Shown: in pieces, positions 1 through 13,339 of the stretch
Position numbering within the stretch: the stretch's first letter is position 1
Layout of the letters: each line of letters begins with the position of its first letter
Assembly (NCBI GenBank): GCA_038087875.1
Contig: CM075977.1
Span: forward strand, 135,904,001-135,968,000
DNA: 64,000 nt
From: Malacoraja senta
Taxonomy: Eukaryota
Reading direction: 5' to 3'
Translations under genes and position numbers: made by a program
The notes under the pieces: generated by a model
What the model saw: the letters and a program-made list of their open reading frames with translations, nothing else
Told to the model about the DNA's origin: nothing
Databases searched by the model: none

Positions 1-1421
1 TCTAGGCATGTATCAGGTGAGTTCTTTATCCAAGGGATGTGAATTCTTACTCCAAATGAAGGCCTACATAATTTGGACAGAAGATTAGATCACGGAAAAA
101 GGATCTGTCATACTGTTGTTGACTAATGTATTAAACTCGAGATACAATATCGGAAACTCCTGCTTCAGTTCTTTGTTGTTGCATGTTTAGTAGAATTGAT
201 AAGAATGAGAGAAGGTATTTATCCCGATTAGTCATTGTTTCTTGGAAATCTTTGATTCCACCATACAACATGCCTCTATCACCAAAAATGAGTCAATTCT
301 CCCAAATTGAAGTGCTAAGAAATAGAAGTACAGTGGGCCATTTGGCTCCTCAAGCTCCTATAACAGCTAAGAAAAATACTAATTTCTCTCTTGAATAACC
401 TCAACAAATGTTCCATCAGTCCTACAGCAGACTAACCAATCTGATGCAAATAGAGAAAATTATATATTGTTTGTGTTCGCCCTCTCTAATAGCTCTCATT
501 TCACAGCTTTCCCTTGTTCATGTTCTCCCTTTTTAACAGCCTCATTTCATTTGATTAATTTACCTATATCTTATCCTAGTGACAATTACGGCCATGTCTA
601 TCAGGCCCATTCCCTTTCAGTTCCTTCTCCAAACTCTGCAACTGACAAATAACTTGATTTCTTTCTTTCCCAGGTCTGATGAGGTTTTTCAAACTGTAAC
701 ATCTCTATTTCAATTGCCACAGATGCTGCTTGATGTGCCAACGTTTTCCAGCATTTTCTGTTTTTATTTCTGATTTTCAGCATCTACAGGTTTTGATTTT
801 CACTTTGTATATTTCATTGTTTTACTGTCCACGATGAAAGGATGATATTGATTAGTTTATATATCTTTGAACCTTCTTCAAGGTTAATGCACTATGAAGT
901 CCTCAATATTTGTTTATAAAAAAAGACTGCAATAAAATTAATAAGTGCAATGTTCTGGTGCAATTCATCAATATTTTTCCCGTTTACAAAATGCAATCTA
1001 ATAAATATGTGGTATTATATTAAGGTAAGATTTCAAAGCTCTTACTTGGCTGGCTAATACAGAAGCTGGGAATTAATTAAAATTCAGATGCTGGAAATCT
1101 GAAATAGAAATAAAGTGCTTCCAATAATCAGTCAGGAAGAATCTGTGGAGGAGGAGCAAAGTTAATGTTTCAAGTCAGGTTAGTTTTGTAATTAGTTATC
1201 ACACTGATTTACCAAATTCTTTTCTGAACATTATCTAATGTTGTGAAAGAAAGTGCAATATAGGTTTAAAATGCATGCAACATTTCCAGCTTTGGTCATT
1301 ATATTAAAAAAGAGCTAGTTTTAATAGCTATTGATTTATACTGAATTTTAATGTGTAACATAGCAGTTTGGTCATATGTAATGGTTACATTTTGTTCTCT
1401 TTACTGTCTGGTTTCCTTCAG

Positions 1422-1462
1422 GATATGTGAAGCTGTGCCATTCCAGTCACAAAAGAATACAA
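1422..1462 (+). CDS. JTB: JTB-family gene, internal coding exon (equivalent to human exon 2; end of signal peptide region)
   Basis: ttccttcag|GATATG...TACAA|gtaagt; 41 nt, reads (R)ICEAVPFQSQKNT(T), similar to human JTB LCQAEAPVQEEK; its phase joins the next exon. Coding exon 1 was not identified in the window. Confidence 0.7.
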
Positions 1463-2738
1463 GTAAGTGCTGTAATAGTAAAGTAACAAGTTGTCTCAAC
1501 ATTTTACATTTTTTGAAATATGAAAAAAAATGTAAAGAATGGAAATGGGCAACAATGAAAACAAATTTAGATTACTGGAAGACAATTTACAAGATTTGGA
1601 CTGCAGAAGTTTAACGTTGAAAGCTCTATGGGAAGGCTGTGCTGGAATACAAAAGCAAGTCTGAAGAAGGGTCTCGACCTGAAACTTCGCCCATTCCTTC
1701 TATCCAGAGATGCTGCCTGTCTCGCTGAGTACCTCCAACATTTTCTGTCTTAACTTCAGCAAGAATATCAAGTCGATTTTCCTATTGGAAGATTGTATGA
1801 TCTAAATGACCAAAATAAGTTAAAACAAGAGAAAGGAACAATGTGAAAGGCGAAGGCAGTGTAACCTAAACCATTAATTTATAGTGGGAACATGAATACG
1901 AATTTCAAGAATTAACTTACTATTTTAATCTTGCACCATGTAAGTTACTTTGTGCAATCTTGGTGTGTGTCATCTTCCATTAGGCTTAACACCATATAAC
2001 CAAATTAAACATTTTCACTTTAAAGTTATGCAGCACAAAATATTCTTGAACTTGAGCAGCTCCTGAGGAAAAACATGAATTGATTTTTTTTTTTCCAGTG
2101 TTACTTGGAGCCAGTTTATAGATTTTATGGAGTTCAATTTCTCCCCTACCATCACCATTAATCATGTTTCCCTTATTTTGTCCCAGCCTCCATCTTCATA
2201 GATTTAGTACCTGTCATGTATAGATTCTCCAAAAATTGAGTGTCTGACCTACGTACAACCTGTGCATACGAATCAGTGTTTGGGAAATCAGCGGGATAGA
2301 TTAGCCAGCAGCAACAGGACTGCAGGCATCTTCTTCCATGTGAGAATTCCGTTAGCGGCAATTTCTGAATGATTAAGTTAAATGCCATGGTTTAACTACA
2401 CACCACCCGCAGTTAGTGTGCATTTTTATTAAACTATATTGGCAGGTGACGAGATTCTGATTTGTGAACTGTTCTAGTTTCGAACATTTCTCGGGAACAG
2501 AATCCTACCGTAACCCGGGAAGGAAATGTATTGGTAATTCTTGAATTGATTTTCTGTGAAAGATGGCTGTTGATTCACGAGTTATATTGTTATATTGCCT
2601 CAAAGGTAACCTTTCTAGACTTTGCTGTGTGGCGTGGGATTCTTATGTAGAAATAGATTTGCTATTTTTTTTTTTTTATGTTACTATTTTCACTTGCAAA
2701 GTAAGATTATAAATATATTTTATTTATAAATTAAACAG

Positions 2739-2824
2739 CAATTATTTTGCACCCAAGACCTTGCTGGGAAATTGAAGAATACAGCATTGTAAGAGAATGT
2801 AGTCCTTGCACTGATTACGAAAAG
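2739..2824 (+). CDS. JTB: JTB-family gene, coding exon (Cys-rich ectodomain, part 1)
   Basis: aaacag|CAATT...GAAAAG|gtattt; 86 nt; IILHPRPCWEIEEYSIVRECSPCTDYEK matches JTB PCWxxEEFxVxxECSPC. Confidence 0.9.
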
Positions 2825-2938
2825 GTATTTTGCATGTGTGTATGTGTGAGATATTCAAATATTTTTGTCCTTTAAGAGATTAGTGTGATTATAATTTTTC
2901 TTTGAGAGAATATTCTAACTTTACATCTTAGATCAGAT

Positions 2939-3137
2939 GTGTAAGAAGGAACTGCAGATGCTGGTTTAAACCGAAGATAGATACAAAAAGCTGGAGTAAC
3001 TCAGCGGGACAGGCAGCATCTCTGGAGAGAAGGAATGGGTGACTTTTCGGGTCGAGAAGAGTCTCAACCAGAAACATCACCCATTCCTTCTCTCCAGAGA
3101 TGCTGCCTGTCCCACTGAGTTACTCCAGCTTTTTGTG
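2939..3137. mobile_element. Fold-back insertion made of two inverted Penelope-type terminal repeats
   Basis: Arms about 2979-3057 and 3062-3140 are near reverse complements; flanked by the direct repeat TCTTAGATCAGAT (2926-2938, 3138-3150). Confidence 0.75.
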
Positions 3138-3875
3138 TCTTAGATCAGATATTGTATCATGGTGACATACACCTTTAAAATTGTTAGTAATGACACATTA
3201 TACGAGTAGATACATTGTAAAAAAACAACAGTATCTCTAATCATTATTGGCTAATAAATAATGGTGAAGCTAATAACTTAGTATTTATGCTATAGCTGTT
3301 ATTATTTATGATAAAATGCTACATCAACTTGATATGAGGATCAAATTGCTTGGTTAAATTTGTTGAACCATTTCTGTCATGTTGCTGTCATCACCCTGAA
3401 AATTATATCTGATTTTTTTTTTTTGTCGCCTTATCATTCAGATTGCTCTTTCCTTTTTATTTTTCCTCACTTAATTTACCATTGAGTTAACATTAAAATG
3501 TTATATTTCCTTCTTGGTTCTTATTTCCCTGCCCAATCAGCATAACTTAAAACAAAACCACTGTCTGCCAAATAGCAGAAATTAATTGATTATGGGATCT
3601 TGCTGTGCATCATTTTTCTGCTATGTTTTCTATAGTGCAGAGGACACTAACTTTAAAAGTTGCTTAATTCGTTATAAAGTATTTTTTGGCATAAAGAGAT
3701 CATGAAAGCTATGATATGAATGGATATTCAGATATTTTAAACAGCAGTAGATCTAAAATTTATCCGGTCTCTTCAGTGTCTAGAAGACCTCAGAATAACA
3801 TGTATTGGTAAAATGAAAAGTGGATTAAAATATCTGAATAAAGATGAATGTGGAGAAAGATTACTTCCTTTAAAT

Positions 3876-3946
3876 GTAACCCTTACAGCTAAAAATATTG
3901 TACACAATACGCAAGTAACCCTTACAGCTAAAAATATTGTACACAA
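3876..3946. repeat. Local duplication of a 32-bp unit
   Basis: GTAACCCTTACAGCTAAAAATATTGTACACAA at 3876-3907 and 3915-3946. Confidence 0.9.
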
Positions 3947-4595
3947 AGTCTTGTATTTCCTGAAAGTAGAAATACTACTTGTAGTGACATGCATTGAATT
4001 GTAGCATTTTGCATTCAACATTCTAATACCAATCAGAAGGTAAAGATTTTGATTGCCTATTAACATTTTAGTGTTTTTTTGGATCAGATCCTTTCATGTT
4101 CTGCTCTATTGCTCAGGTCTGAGTTCTATGGAAGGGTCCCTGTTCCAAAATATCATATTTTATTTTTCCGCAGGTGCTGCTTGACCGTCTGATTTCTTCC
4201 ATTTCTATTTTTGTTTTGGATTTCAGTCTCTGCAATTGTATTTGTTTTTTGTCCTTTTGTTTTTGGTTATACAAAGGAAATATAGAAATAGCAGAAAAAA
4301 ATGTCACGTTGGATAAAGTACCAAAATTTACTTTTACTTATTTCATATTGAAAAGATTATGATCCATCCTTATGAATGCTGATTAAACTAAATAATCAAT
4401 TTAGAAACTGTTTTAAATGAGCAAATATACGATTTACAAATGTGTTACAAATTTGCCAGGTGTTCAAGAAACCATATTCTAAGTAAAAAGAAATCCAATT
4501 TCTGGCCTAGTTTTGTTGAGTTTTACCATGTCATATACTTTGTCTTTAAAATCTCATTGCTATAATTCCATAACATATCATCTCACTTTCCGCAG

Positions 4596-4669
4596 ACCGT
4601 GCATATAGAATGTAAATTTACTGGATTTGTTGAAGATGTAAAATGTACGAAAGACCACAGGTTCAGAAG
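4596..4669 (+). CDS. JTB: JTB-family gene, coding exon (Cys-rich ectodomain, part 2)
   Basis: ttccgcag|ACCGTG...AGAAG|gtaagg; 74 nt; TVHIECKFTGFVEDVKCTKDHRFR(S) matches JTB ECxxTGYVExxxC. Confidence 0.9.
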
Positions 4670-7600
4670 GTAAGGCAACTGCAGATATCTGTTCAGTTCG
4701 TATCCTTGTTTGTAAGGAATCATAGGTTTTTGAAATCAGTAAATTTCATTTTATTCTCATTAGATTCCAATACAAGATCAGAAATAGTAATATCTGTATA
4801 TTTTACGTATTCATTGGGCAGATTTTTTTTGGGAGCCACATGAGCTCTTGTTATTCACCAATTGGGCTTCACTCTTGTTGCTTGCAAAAGAGTAATGAAG
4901 TAAATTAACCACATTTACCTTGTTGCTTAACATCACAATTAACAATTAACACAACACTTGCTGTTTTCTGATTTGATGCCAAGCTTCAATTTCTTTATTG
5001 CTAATTGTCATGTTTGATATTTCAGCAGAGATTACATTCATTTTGTAATCATACAAGCACTGATGCTTAATTTTAAGTTTGCTCTTACTGTTGACATCCT
5101 TGCTATATATTATGTAGCTGTGGCAAATTATGTTATCCAGTTGCCAATTGCTACAAATAATCTTCCTTGGGTGGGTGTCATTCGCATGCTTTTCTTGCAG
5201 CAGTATTTCAGCTACCACTTAATAATTGGTCATGAATGCAAACGTGGCAGGAACAGAAGTTCTGTTGGGCTTGGAGCTATGATCCCTGCTTTTCAATGTG
5301 ATGCTATTGACCAAGATAAACAAACTGAAAGCTTATTTATATAGAATGCCAAAAGAATTGATGCTATTGGAGCTTTTGTGGCAATAACGCGTTTATAGAG
5401 CACTTTTAGTTTGGTGCTTTAGAGGTATAACAGAATGGATCTTAAACCAGAGTAGGATTTGAAAGGAGATGACCTTGGCTCAGATATGAATTGACATAAT
5501 AACGGAGGTGAGTTGGGATTGAAAGCTCGTTTTGATTAGGGCACTGAGGTTGTGATTATACAAATAATTACTATTTTGTCTTTCATCCTATTTCATTTTT
5601 AATCATACGTGGCCCTTGATGATTAAATTTGATAATTGCATGTCATCTAAATCTGCCAAATGATGTCCTTTCTGCACTCTTTCTCACTCCAAACGTATCT
5701 TTTTGTAGGCATTTTATGTAACTTTTGTAACTATAGAGTGTGTAACAGGATATTTGCTCAAACTGCCAGTTTTTGTGAACCACTGCCTATCTATTTCTAT
5801 TCCTAGCCTTTTCCCTTTTAGATACATCTATTCCATTTGTTATAATTGTGGTAGCATATTTCACATCCTTATCACACACTGGGCAAAGAAACCGCTTCTG
5901 TATCTGATTCACAAGTGACTATCTTTATGGTGCCAACTTTTGGATTTATTCACAGGTGGCAATATCTATTCTACTGAAACTCGCCGTAATTTTAAGTATG
6001 GTGTATTTAATTGATATTTCTGATTCTTGGCCTCAATGTTACAAAAATAGATTATGAATATCAGATTATGTTGCAGTTGGTGTGAGTATGTTGTACAAAT
6101 TAGCTGCCTATTATAAAAACACTACAATAACTTTGGGATTTCTCATGGCTGGGAAGGGCACTACTCAAATGCAAGCCGATCTAAACATTATATAAACAAA
6201 CCTGAAGATTTTTTTCTTTGCTGATGAGAAACTTCCTTGAGCTATCTGTTTGTAGCCTTAGCTGTACATAACTGGTTATGAAAAACTGATGCAAATAAAG
6301 TGGTGGTGGGAGTGGTGTAGCGGGAGATTGTAGCAATTTATTAACTCGATTAGCCACTCGTAACTTAATTTAACAATTTTCTATTTGATGATTAGAATAA
6401 ACGCATCAAATTTGCTGTTGCACTAAATCATCACTATCCTGGAAGAATAGGGTCATAAAGATTACTATGGAGAACAAAAATTGCAGACACCCTAAGACCA
6501 CTGGGCAATGACACCAAGACTGCAATGAAATACATTGATCAAACTATCTACAGATAAAACAATTCCTGTACATGTTTCACATTTCAGCTTGGTTTGCTTT
6601 TAATCGAAGGTAGACACAAAATGCTGGAGTAACTCAGCGGGACAGGCAGCATCTCTAGAGAGAAGGAATGGGTGACGTTTTTGGTCAAGCCCCTTCAGAC
6701 TGCTTTTAGTTGACTGCAGTCTTACAGAGAAGAAATTGATGTGATTTCCGCCATCCATCAAACATAGAATTTTCAACACAACCACACATGTACCAGATCC
6801 TTTCTTGGGCTGTAAATCTACCATGCTCCCGACACACCTGGTCCACATTGCAGGTCCTAATTCCATCTGCACATCTAATCTATACTTTGGACCCTGGTTC
6901 TGGCTATACATCAATACAATTGTTACTTTAACTGGTGATTACAGGACTTGGAAAGTCACATTATATAGAAATAATGTATAAACTATATTTACTTTTACAT
7001 ATTTGTGAATAGATATGGGAGCAAACAAAATAATTGACCCAGGTTCCTTACCCCAGCCACACACTGACTATTGATATTTGACTACTTGCCATTGTGTTGA
7101 ATGCATAGTGTACAGGATTCATTGGACACCATAGGAGAGGGCCCTGAGAATTAGTCAATGTTAGCAATTTCCCCAGATGTTTGTGGGGAGGAATTTAAGG
7201 TTGATTGCCTTTGCCATGTCTGAATTGGCTGCCTAGATTGAAAGCACATCCAATGTTATTCATTCACTATTTAAATGAAGTGGTAATGGTACAACTGGGT
7301 GAGCTTGCTTGGCTACTCACTTGCCAACCACATGAGTCTGGAATCGCATGAAGGCCAGATCTGGTTAATGTACCAGTTTTCCTTCCCTTGATGTGTAATG
7401 AACCAGGTGGGTTTTTAATGACAATTCAGTAGTTTTCACGTGCAAACTATTTGGGGTTTTGTTCCAAATTCCAGTTTATTTATGAATCTAAATTCCATGG
7501 CTGTTTTGGTGGGATATGAACTGGGGTTTCTCGATTACCAATCACATAACAACCTTTGCATTATGACATTATCCATCACATGCACTTGTTTATCTGATGC

Positions 7601-7919
7601 TGTACAGTAAAGGTAAATTATGAACTTCAGTGAAATATTCTGACCTTCCACTCTGCTGAAAGGGCAGTCCTCAGCAGACACTTTACCTTTGTACCCCTGA
7701 GCTTGCACCACCTCAGCAGGTTCAGGGCCCATCATGATGCTAAACTCTTCTTTTGTCACCTCCACGTCTCTACCTATTTCTTTGGCAGCCAGTCCACACC
7801 TCCCACTGAAAATCCTTTTGCTTGCCTCTAAGATACCCCGTTCAGGCCTTTTCACCTCTTGATATTTTGTAATTTCCAATTGCCACCGCAATATCTCCTG
7901 CCTTAATTTCTCCACTCAC

Positions 7920-10150
7920 CTTGCCAATCTAACCTTAACCCCTCCCCATTTGTACAGATCTCTTCACGTAATCGCAAACTCGTCATGAAACCCGCAGACA
8001 AGAGTGGTGCCATTGTAGTCTGGCAGACTGACATCTACCTTCCAGAGTTTAGACAGCAACTCTCGGACATCCATTCATACCTACCCCAGGACCATGATGC
8101 CAACAACAAACACCAGACCACTATTTCCTTCACTCATATAGATCATCTCAGGCGATCTCTTCTACAAAGCATCCAACTTGATCATGCTCCAACCCCATAC
8201 TTCTGGCTTCTATTGTATACCCAAAATCTACAAACAGGACTGCCTTTAGAGGCCTGTTTTTACTGCCTGCTCTTGTTCCACTGAAATTACTTCCTCATAT
8301 CTTGATTCTATCCAGTCTCCCCTTACCCAGTCCTTTTTCGTCAACATTCAGGATACCATGCATGTCAACCATTTTGACAAATCCCATTCCGAGGCCCCCA
8401 CCACCTCATCTTCACCATGCATATACACCTCCATATTCTTTCTACAACAATGATCTAACCAGTTCCTTTCCACCAACATACCTGGTTGAACTTGTTTTAT
8501 CCTGAACAGCTTTTCTTTTGAGTCCTCTTGCTTCCTACAAATCAAAGATGTAGACATAGGAACTAGCATGAGTCCCAGCTACAATCATCTTTTCATTAGC
8601 TACGTGGAACCATCCTTCTCTGGTATCACTCCCCCACTCTATTACATCGACGACGACATTGATGCTACTTGATGTACTCACTAGAATTTAGAAGATTGAG
8701 GGGGGATCTTATAGAAACTTATAAAATTCTTAAGGGGTTGGACAGGCTAGATGCAGGAAGATTGTTCCCGATGTTGGGGAAGTCCAGGACAAGGGGTCAC
8801 AGTTTAAGGATAAGCGGGAAGTCTTTTAGGACCAAGATGAGAAAAACATTTTTCACGCAGAGAGTGGTGAATCTCTGGAATTCTCTGCCACAGAAGGTAG
8901 TTGAGGCCAGTTCATTGGCTATATTTAAGAGGGAGTTAGATGTAGCCCTTGTGGCTAAAGGGATCAGGGGGTATGGAGAGAAGGCAGGTACAGGATACTG
9001 AGTTGGATGATCAGCCATGATCATATTGAATGGCGGAAGGGCCGAATGGCCTACTCCTGCACCTATTTTCTATTTTTCTACTTCCTGCACCCATGCGGAA
9101 CCTTTGCTACTTTCACTGGGAAGCAGTGCTCAAATTCTCTTGGACCATCTCTGACACTTCTCTCTTTTCTGATTCTCCCTCCATCCATCCACTGACAATT
9201 ACAATAAACCCACTGACTTCCACAGTCACCCAGACTACACCTTTTCCACCCTATCACTTGAAATCCAACCCTTTCATCCAATGTTTCCGTCTCCATGACA
9301 TCTGCCTTGAAGAGGAGACCTTCCATTTCAGGACATCTAAAATGAGCTGTGGTTGATGGAGCCCTCTCGCACATTTCATTCATTTCTCAGATTTTTGTTC
9401 TTACCCAGCCTCCCTCCAAACAGAAGAGATCTCGTTCACCTCCCCCTCGCATTTCACGCTATTGAACCTCCACATGCATACATTTCTTCCTTCATTTCTG
9501 CTAGCCACATCTTCTCCACACCCCTTTCCACCTTCCACAAGGACTACTCTCTCTGAAACCCCCTAGTCCACCCATCCTTCCCCACCCACTCCCCCTGACA
9601 CATTCCTCTGCAAACACAGGAGGTGCCACACCTGCTCTTACACCTCATCCCTTACTACCATTCAGCCTCTTCAGGTGAGACACAGATTCACATGCACCTC
9701 CAACCTCATCTATTGCATCCTGTGCTGTCAACGCAGCCTCCTCTACATTGATGAGACAAAGTGCAGATGAGGCTCCCAATTCTCAGAACACCTCTCCTCG
9801 TTCTGGAATGGCCATCTTACCTTCCCAGTTGCATGTTATTCAAATTCCCATGTCAGCCTGTGTATTCTTGGCCTCCGTTGCCAGGGTAAGGCTCAATGCA
9901 AACTAGAGGGTTAATATCTCATTCTCCACCTGGGTTAGTCAACAGCATAATGATATGAACATTGAATTCTGCACTTTCAGATACTTTTCCTCCTCCTGTT
10001 TCCACCCCCCACTCCCTCATTCTCTTCCAATCATCCATTTTTATCCCCCTTCCACTCTTGGTTCCATCCACCTACTACACGCACATTACACCCACTGGAT
10101 CCCCGACCCAATCTGGCTCGATCTGCCCTTCACCACCTTCCCCTAAAGTT
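7920..10150 (+). mobile_element. Degraded Penelope-like retroelement (RT and GIY-YIG remnants), interrupted by CR1
   Basis: KPADKSGAIVVW at 7985 (PLE RT N-terminus); 9600-9980 resembles the GIY-YIG region of 62880-63257; many stops and frameshifts. Confidence 0.7.
8670..9078 (+). mobile_element. CR1-type LINE 3' fragment
   Basis: ORF YSLEFRRLRGDLIETYKIL...TRGHSL...FFTQRVVNLWNSLP, the typical CR1 ORF2 C-terminus, followed by a 3' UTR and (TTTC/TA) tail. Confidence 0.9.
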
Positions 10151-11331
10151 CCCATTATCACCTTCCTTACTTACCACATTCCAACACTGGCAGCCTTTGT
10201 GTTCCTGCTTATCACCCTCCAGCAGCTATCTCCACCTTCACTGACCCCTCAGCCCACCTATCTCCATCACCCAGAGAGTTGTGAATCTGTGGATTTCTCT
10301 GCCACAGAAGGCAATGGAGGCAAATTCACTGTATGATTTCAAGAGAGTTAGATTTAGGGAATCAAAGGATATGGCGAAAAAGCCAGAAAGGGGTATTGAT
10401 TTTGGATGATCAGCCATGATCATATTGAATGGTGGTGCTGGCTCGAAGGGCCAAAGGGCAGAATGGCCTTCTCCTGCACCTATTTTCTATGTTTCTATTC
10501 CTTTTTATTTTGCTTGTCTACTTCCACCTATCGCCCATCTGCCTCGGTCTTCCAACTCTGACCGCCCCCCCCCTACCCCCACACACAAACTTTCAGTCTG
10601 GCTTCAGCTGCTTGACATTCTTCACTCCTTCTCAAACCACCAATTACCCACTGGTGGGTAATTCAAACCTCTCCCCCTTTAGACTGGCTGACTTCCCTCT
10701 CAAATCAATCTTGAAGCAGGTTCTCGACCTGAAAGGCCGACAATTCCATAGATGTTGCTTGACCTACTGAGTTCCTCCAGCAGATTGTATTGTTGATCCA
10801 GATTAAAGCATCTGCAGTCTCATGTGTTTCCACCTATTGCACCCACCTGGCGCTACAGATTGATTCTGTCTTTGGCTTATCAGCACTTTCTGGGATCTAT
10901 ATCACTTTTTTTTCCAAAAGGTTCTTTGTGGTTAAACATGGAAATAATAGTAATATATCAAATGAATATATCTTAAGATTTATGGTTTCCTAGTATTTAA
11001 ACTTTGTTGCATACAAGCAGAAATAATCTAATCAGAAAGCAACCCCCCTCCCCTGCCCTCCTCACCGCCACCCAACCATCCTGCTGTTATTTAATAAGAT
11101 CATCACTGATCTGATTGTATCTTCTGTTGATCTGCTTGTGCCATCTACAGTGGAAGTACACAAATGTGCTACATTGTGGCCTGAAATACATTCTGTGTGG
11201 ATACTGTTTGATTTCTGTATCATTGCATATGTCATTAATCTAACAACTTTTTAATGTTGGATACATGGAATTTATTTAAAAAATATGAAACGTTTATTTT
11301 TGCTTATAGCTGTTTTCACTTTGCCCCATAG

Positions 11332-11488
11332 CTGTCGTTCAGTTGCAATGGAGGAAGTGAAATTCTGGAAGTTTGAAGGAATTGTTGTTTTGGTTGGTGT
11401 AATCTTTGCCATCATTGTTACTTACCGACAAAGAACCCTAGACAGGCATGCTGAACAAAAAGTGAGACGACAGCTTGAAGAGATTTAG
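11332..11488 (+). CDS. JTB: JTB-family gene, last coding exon (transmembrane helix and cytoplasmic tail)
   Basis: ccccatag|CTGTCGTTC; CRSVAMEEVKFWKFEGIVVLVGVIFAIIVTYRQRTLDRHAEQKVRRQLEEI* versus human CRSALMEQRLFWKFEG...RQRQLDRKALEKVRKQIESI; phase consistent with the upstream exon. Confidence 0.95.
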
Positions 11489-12010
11489 TTTTGCAACAGT
11501 TACTGACACTGCTTTTGAATCTACAGCAGTTCAGGTTTTTCAGTGTTTTATCCTTTTATATTCACCATCCACCCATTTATGTTGTAGGAAATATTATTCT
11601 GTCTTAAAATAGCTTTCAAGGCAGTCAAAAAGTTAGGATATAATTACTTTGTGTTTGACATTAAATGTGTATAATATTTATATGGAGAGGTAAATTGTAA
11701 TATAAAAATTCTATTTATGTAGACTATAAAATGGAAGAGAATAGTTTGGTACCTTATTTTATTAGATGTTAGGAAATTTGATTAAGAGTACTTTTCCATA
11801 TCTATAAAAGTATATTGGTACTGATTTCTGTACAACGTTCTTGTGCCAGTGTTATTTTTTGTACTTTGTACTGAATTTGCTTGTTTGTATTCCACCCCCA
11901 CCTGCCACTGTTCTCCCCTCCACTAACCTAACAGGAAAAAGTATTCTAATTATTGTATAAAATGCAAGATAAATTGTCACTTGGTTTGTTTGCAGATAAT
12001 ATTTTGAAGA

Positions 12011-12016
12011 AATAAA
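12011..12016 (+). terminator. Candidate polyadenylation signal of the JTB-like gene
   Basis: AATAAA about 520 nt after the stop codon, followed by a GT-rich tract (tgttgtgtttcgt). Confidence 0.55.
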
Positions 12017-12965
12017 GTACAACACCCAAGAACTGCCTGTTGTGTTTCGTCTAGGAATCTATTTGTCTTTAAATAAGTTTACTCTGCATTTTATATCTTG
12101 CCTGGGATCTTCAGATTCTCAACGGGCATGGCCAACCTGATTAAGTAGTCATCAATGTAAAACAATCCTGCTTCCCAGAGAGGTTTAACAGTGAGTTAAT
12201 GGCTAATGAAGAGTTTTGCTTTTCAAGATTTCCAGTGTAGAAAATACACGAACTGGGGTTCGAAAATGTATCTTTTATTTTCACAGTTATGCAAATTGAA
12301 TGCAATTGTATTTTTTCCTCAACATAAAGTGCTTTTAAATGTGCACAAAAATAAAGGTGAAGGCAATAGTTGAGGAATTGAGTTTTGGCTTTTCATTGCT
12401 TTAAAAGTTGGGGTTGTTAAACGTTTCTCCCAATACAGGTTGTCCCACATGGTCTACCAGAGTAATCATTTCTAGTCTCATACCCCTACCTATTTCCCTG
12501 TAACTTATTCTGTCCTGTGCCTTTCAATTCCTATGATCCTCCTGCCATCCATCCACATAGGACAATTTATATTGGCTAATTAATTTATCAATACAACTTT
12601 GGGATGTGGAGAGGAAACGGAAGCATGCATAAATATAACAAATTGAAAGAACCAGACAAAGACTCAAGTGGAAAGCATCTTTGAAATACTGAATAGTTAG
12701 GAAGGAGGAGGGGTTTTTTCGTGGCAAGAAGGCAAGATGTTGAGAGCAGGGGGAGTGAATTAGTATTGTTGGGGAAGGAAGAATTAATTGGAACAAATCA
12801 AACAACCCCTCTGGAAGATACTTTTAGTGGCAGTGTGGTGGTGGTATTGCATATTGTTGATCAATAGACGAGGATTTTAGAGCAAAAGTGAGAAGGATCA
12901 CATGCTGGTTCAAGGAGTGAGGAGAAAGAATATTAAGGCATAAGTGTACTTAATAGAACAGACAA

Positions 12966-13034
12966 ACATTTCATCAATCCTCGACTCCTCTCCTGTTGAA
13001 CTCAGTGGAGAGGAGTCGAGGGTTGATGAAATGT
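12966..13034. other. Near-perfect 69-nt hairpin
   Basis: ACATTTCATCAATCCTCGACTCCTCTCC / GGAGAGGAGTCGAGGGTTGATGAAATGT: 28-bp stem with one T-G pair, 13-nt loop. Confidence 0.85.
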
Positions 13035-13044
13035 CATATGGTCA

Positions 13045-13298
13045 TTTATTTATATTTATTTATTTTATATTTGTATTTATATAGCACTTTTCAATCAAAT
13101 CACTTGAAACCAAAGTGCTTTACAGAGAATTATCCAAATCCATATGTTGATATCAACATATCAACATTCACACGCAGGCAAAGGTGGGTGAAGTGTCTTG
13201 CCCAAGGACACAACGACAGTATGCACTCCAAGCGGGATTCGAACCGGCTACCTTCCGGTTGCCAGCCGAACACTTAGCCCATTGCGCCATCTGTCGTC
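13045..13298 (-). mobile_element. tRNA-derived SINE
   Basis: Minus strand shows an A box (TGGCGCAATGG), a B box (GGTTCGAATCC) and the conserved SINE segment TGTGTCCTTGGGCAAGACACTT; (ATAA)n-like tail. Confidence 0.75.
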
Positions 13299-13339
13299 AT
13301 GGAAGCATTGGTATGGAAGATGGCGTTATAACAAGAGTT

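Noticed and set aside
1-22. Strong donor-like site CAG|GTGAGT at 16/17 as JTB exon 1
   Set aside because: The frame needed to join exon 1422 has TAG at 3-5; an 11-nt microexon is possible but cannot be supported at the window edge
12120-12190. Minus-strand AGLFYIDDY as a second SLC6 exon
   Set aside because: Similarity too weak and no convincing splice sites
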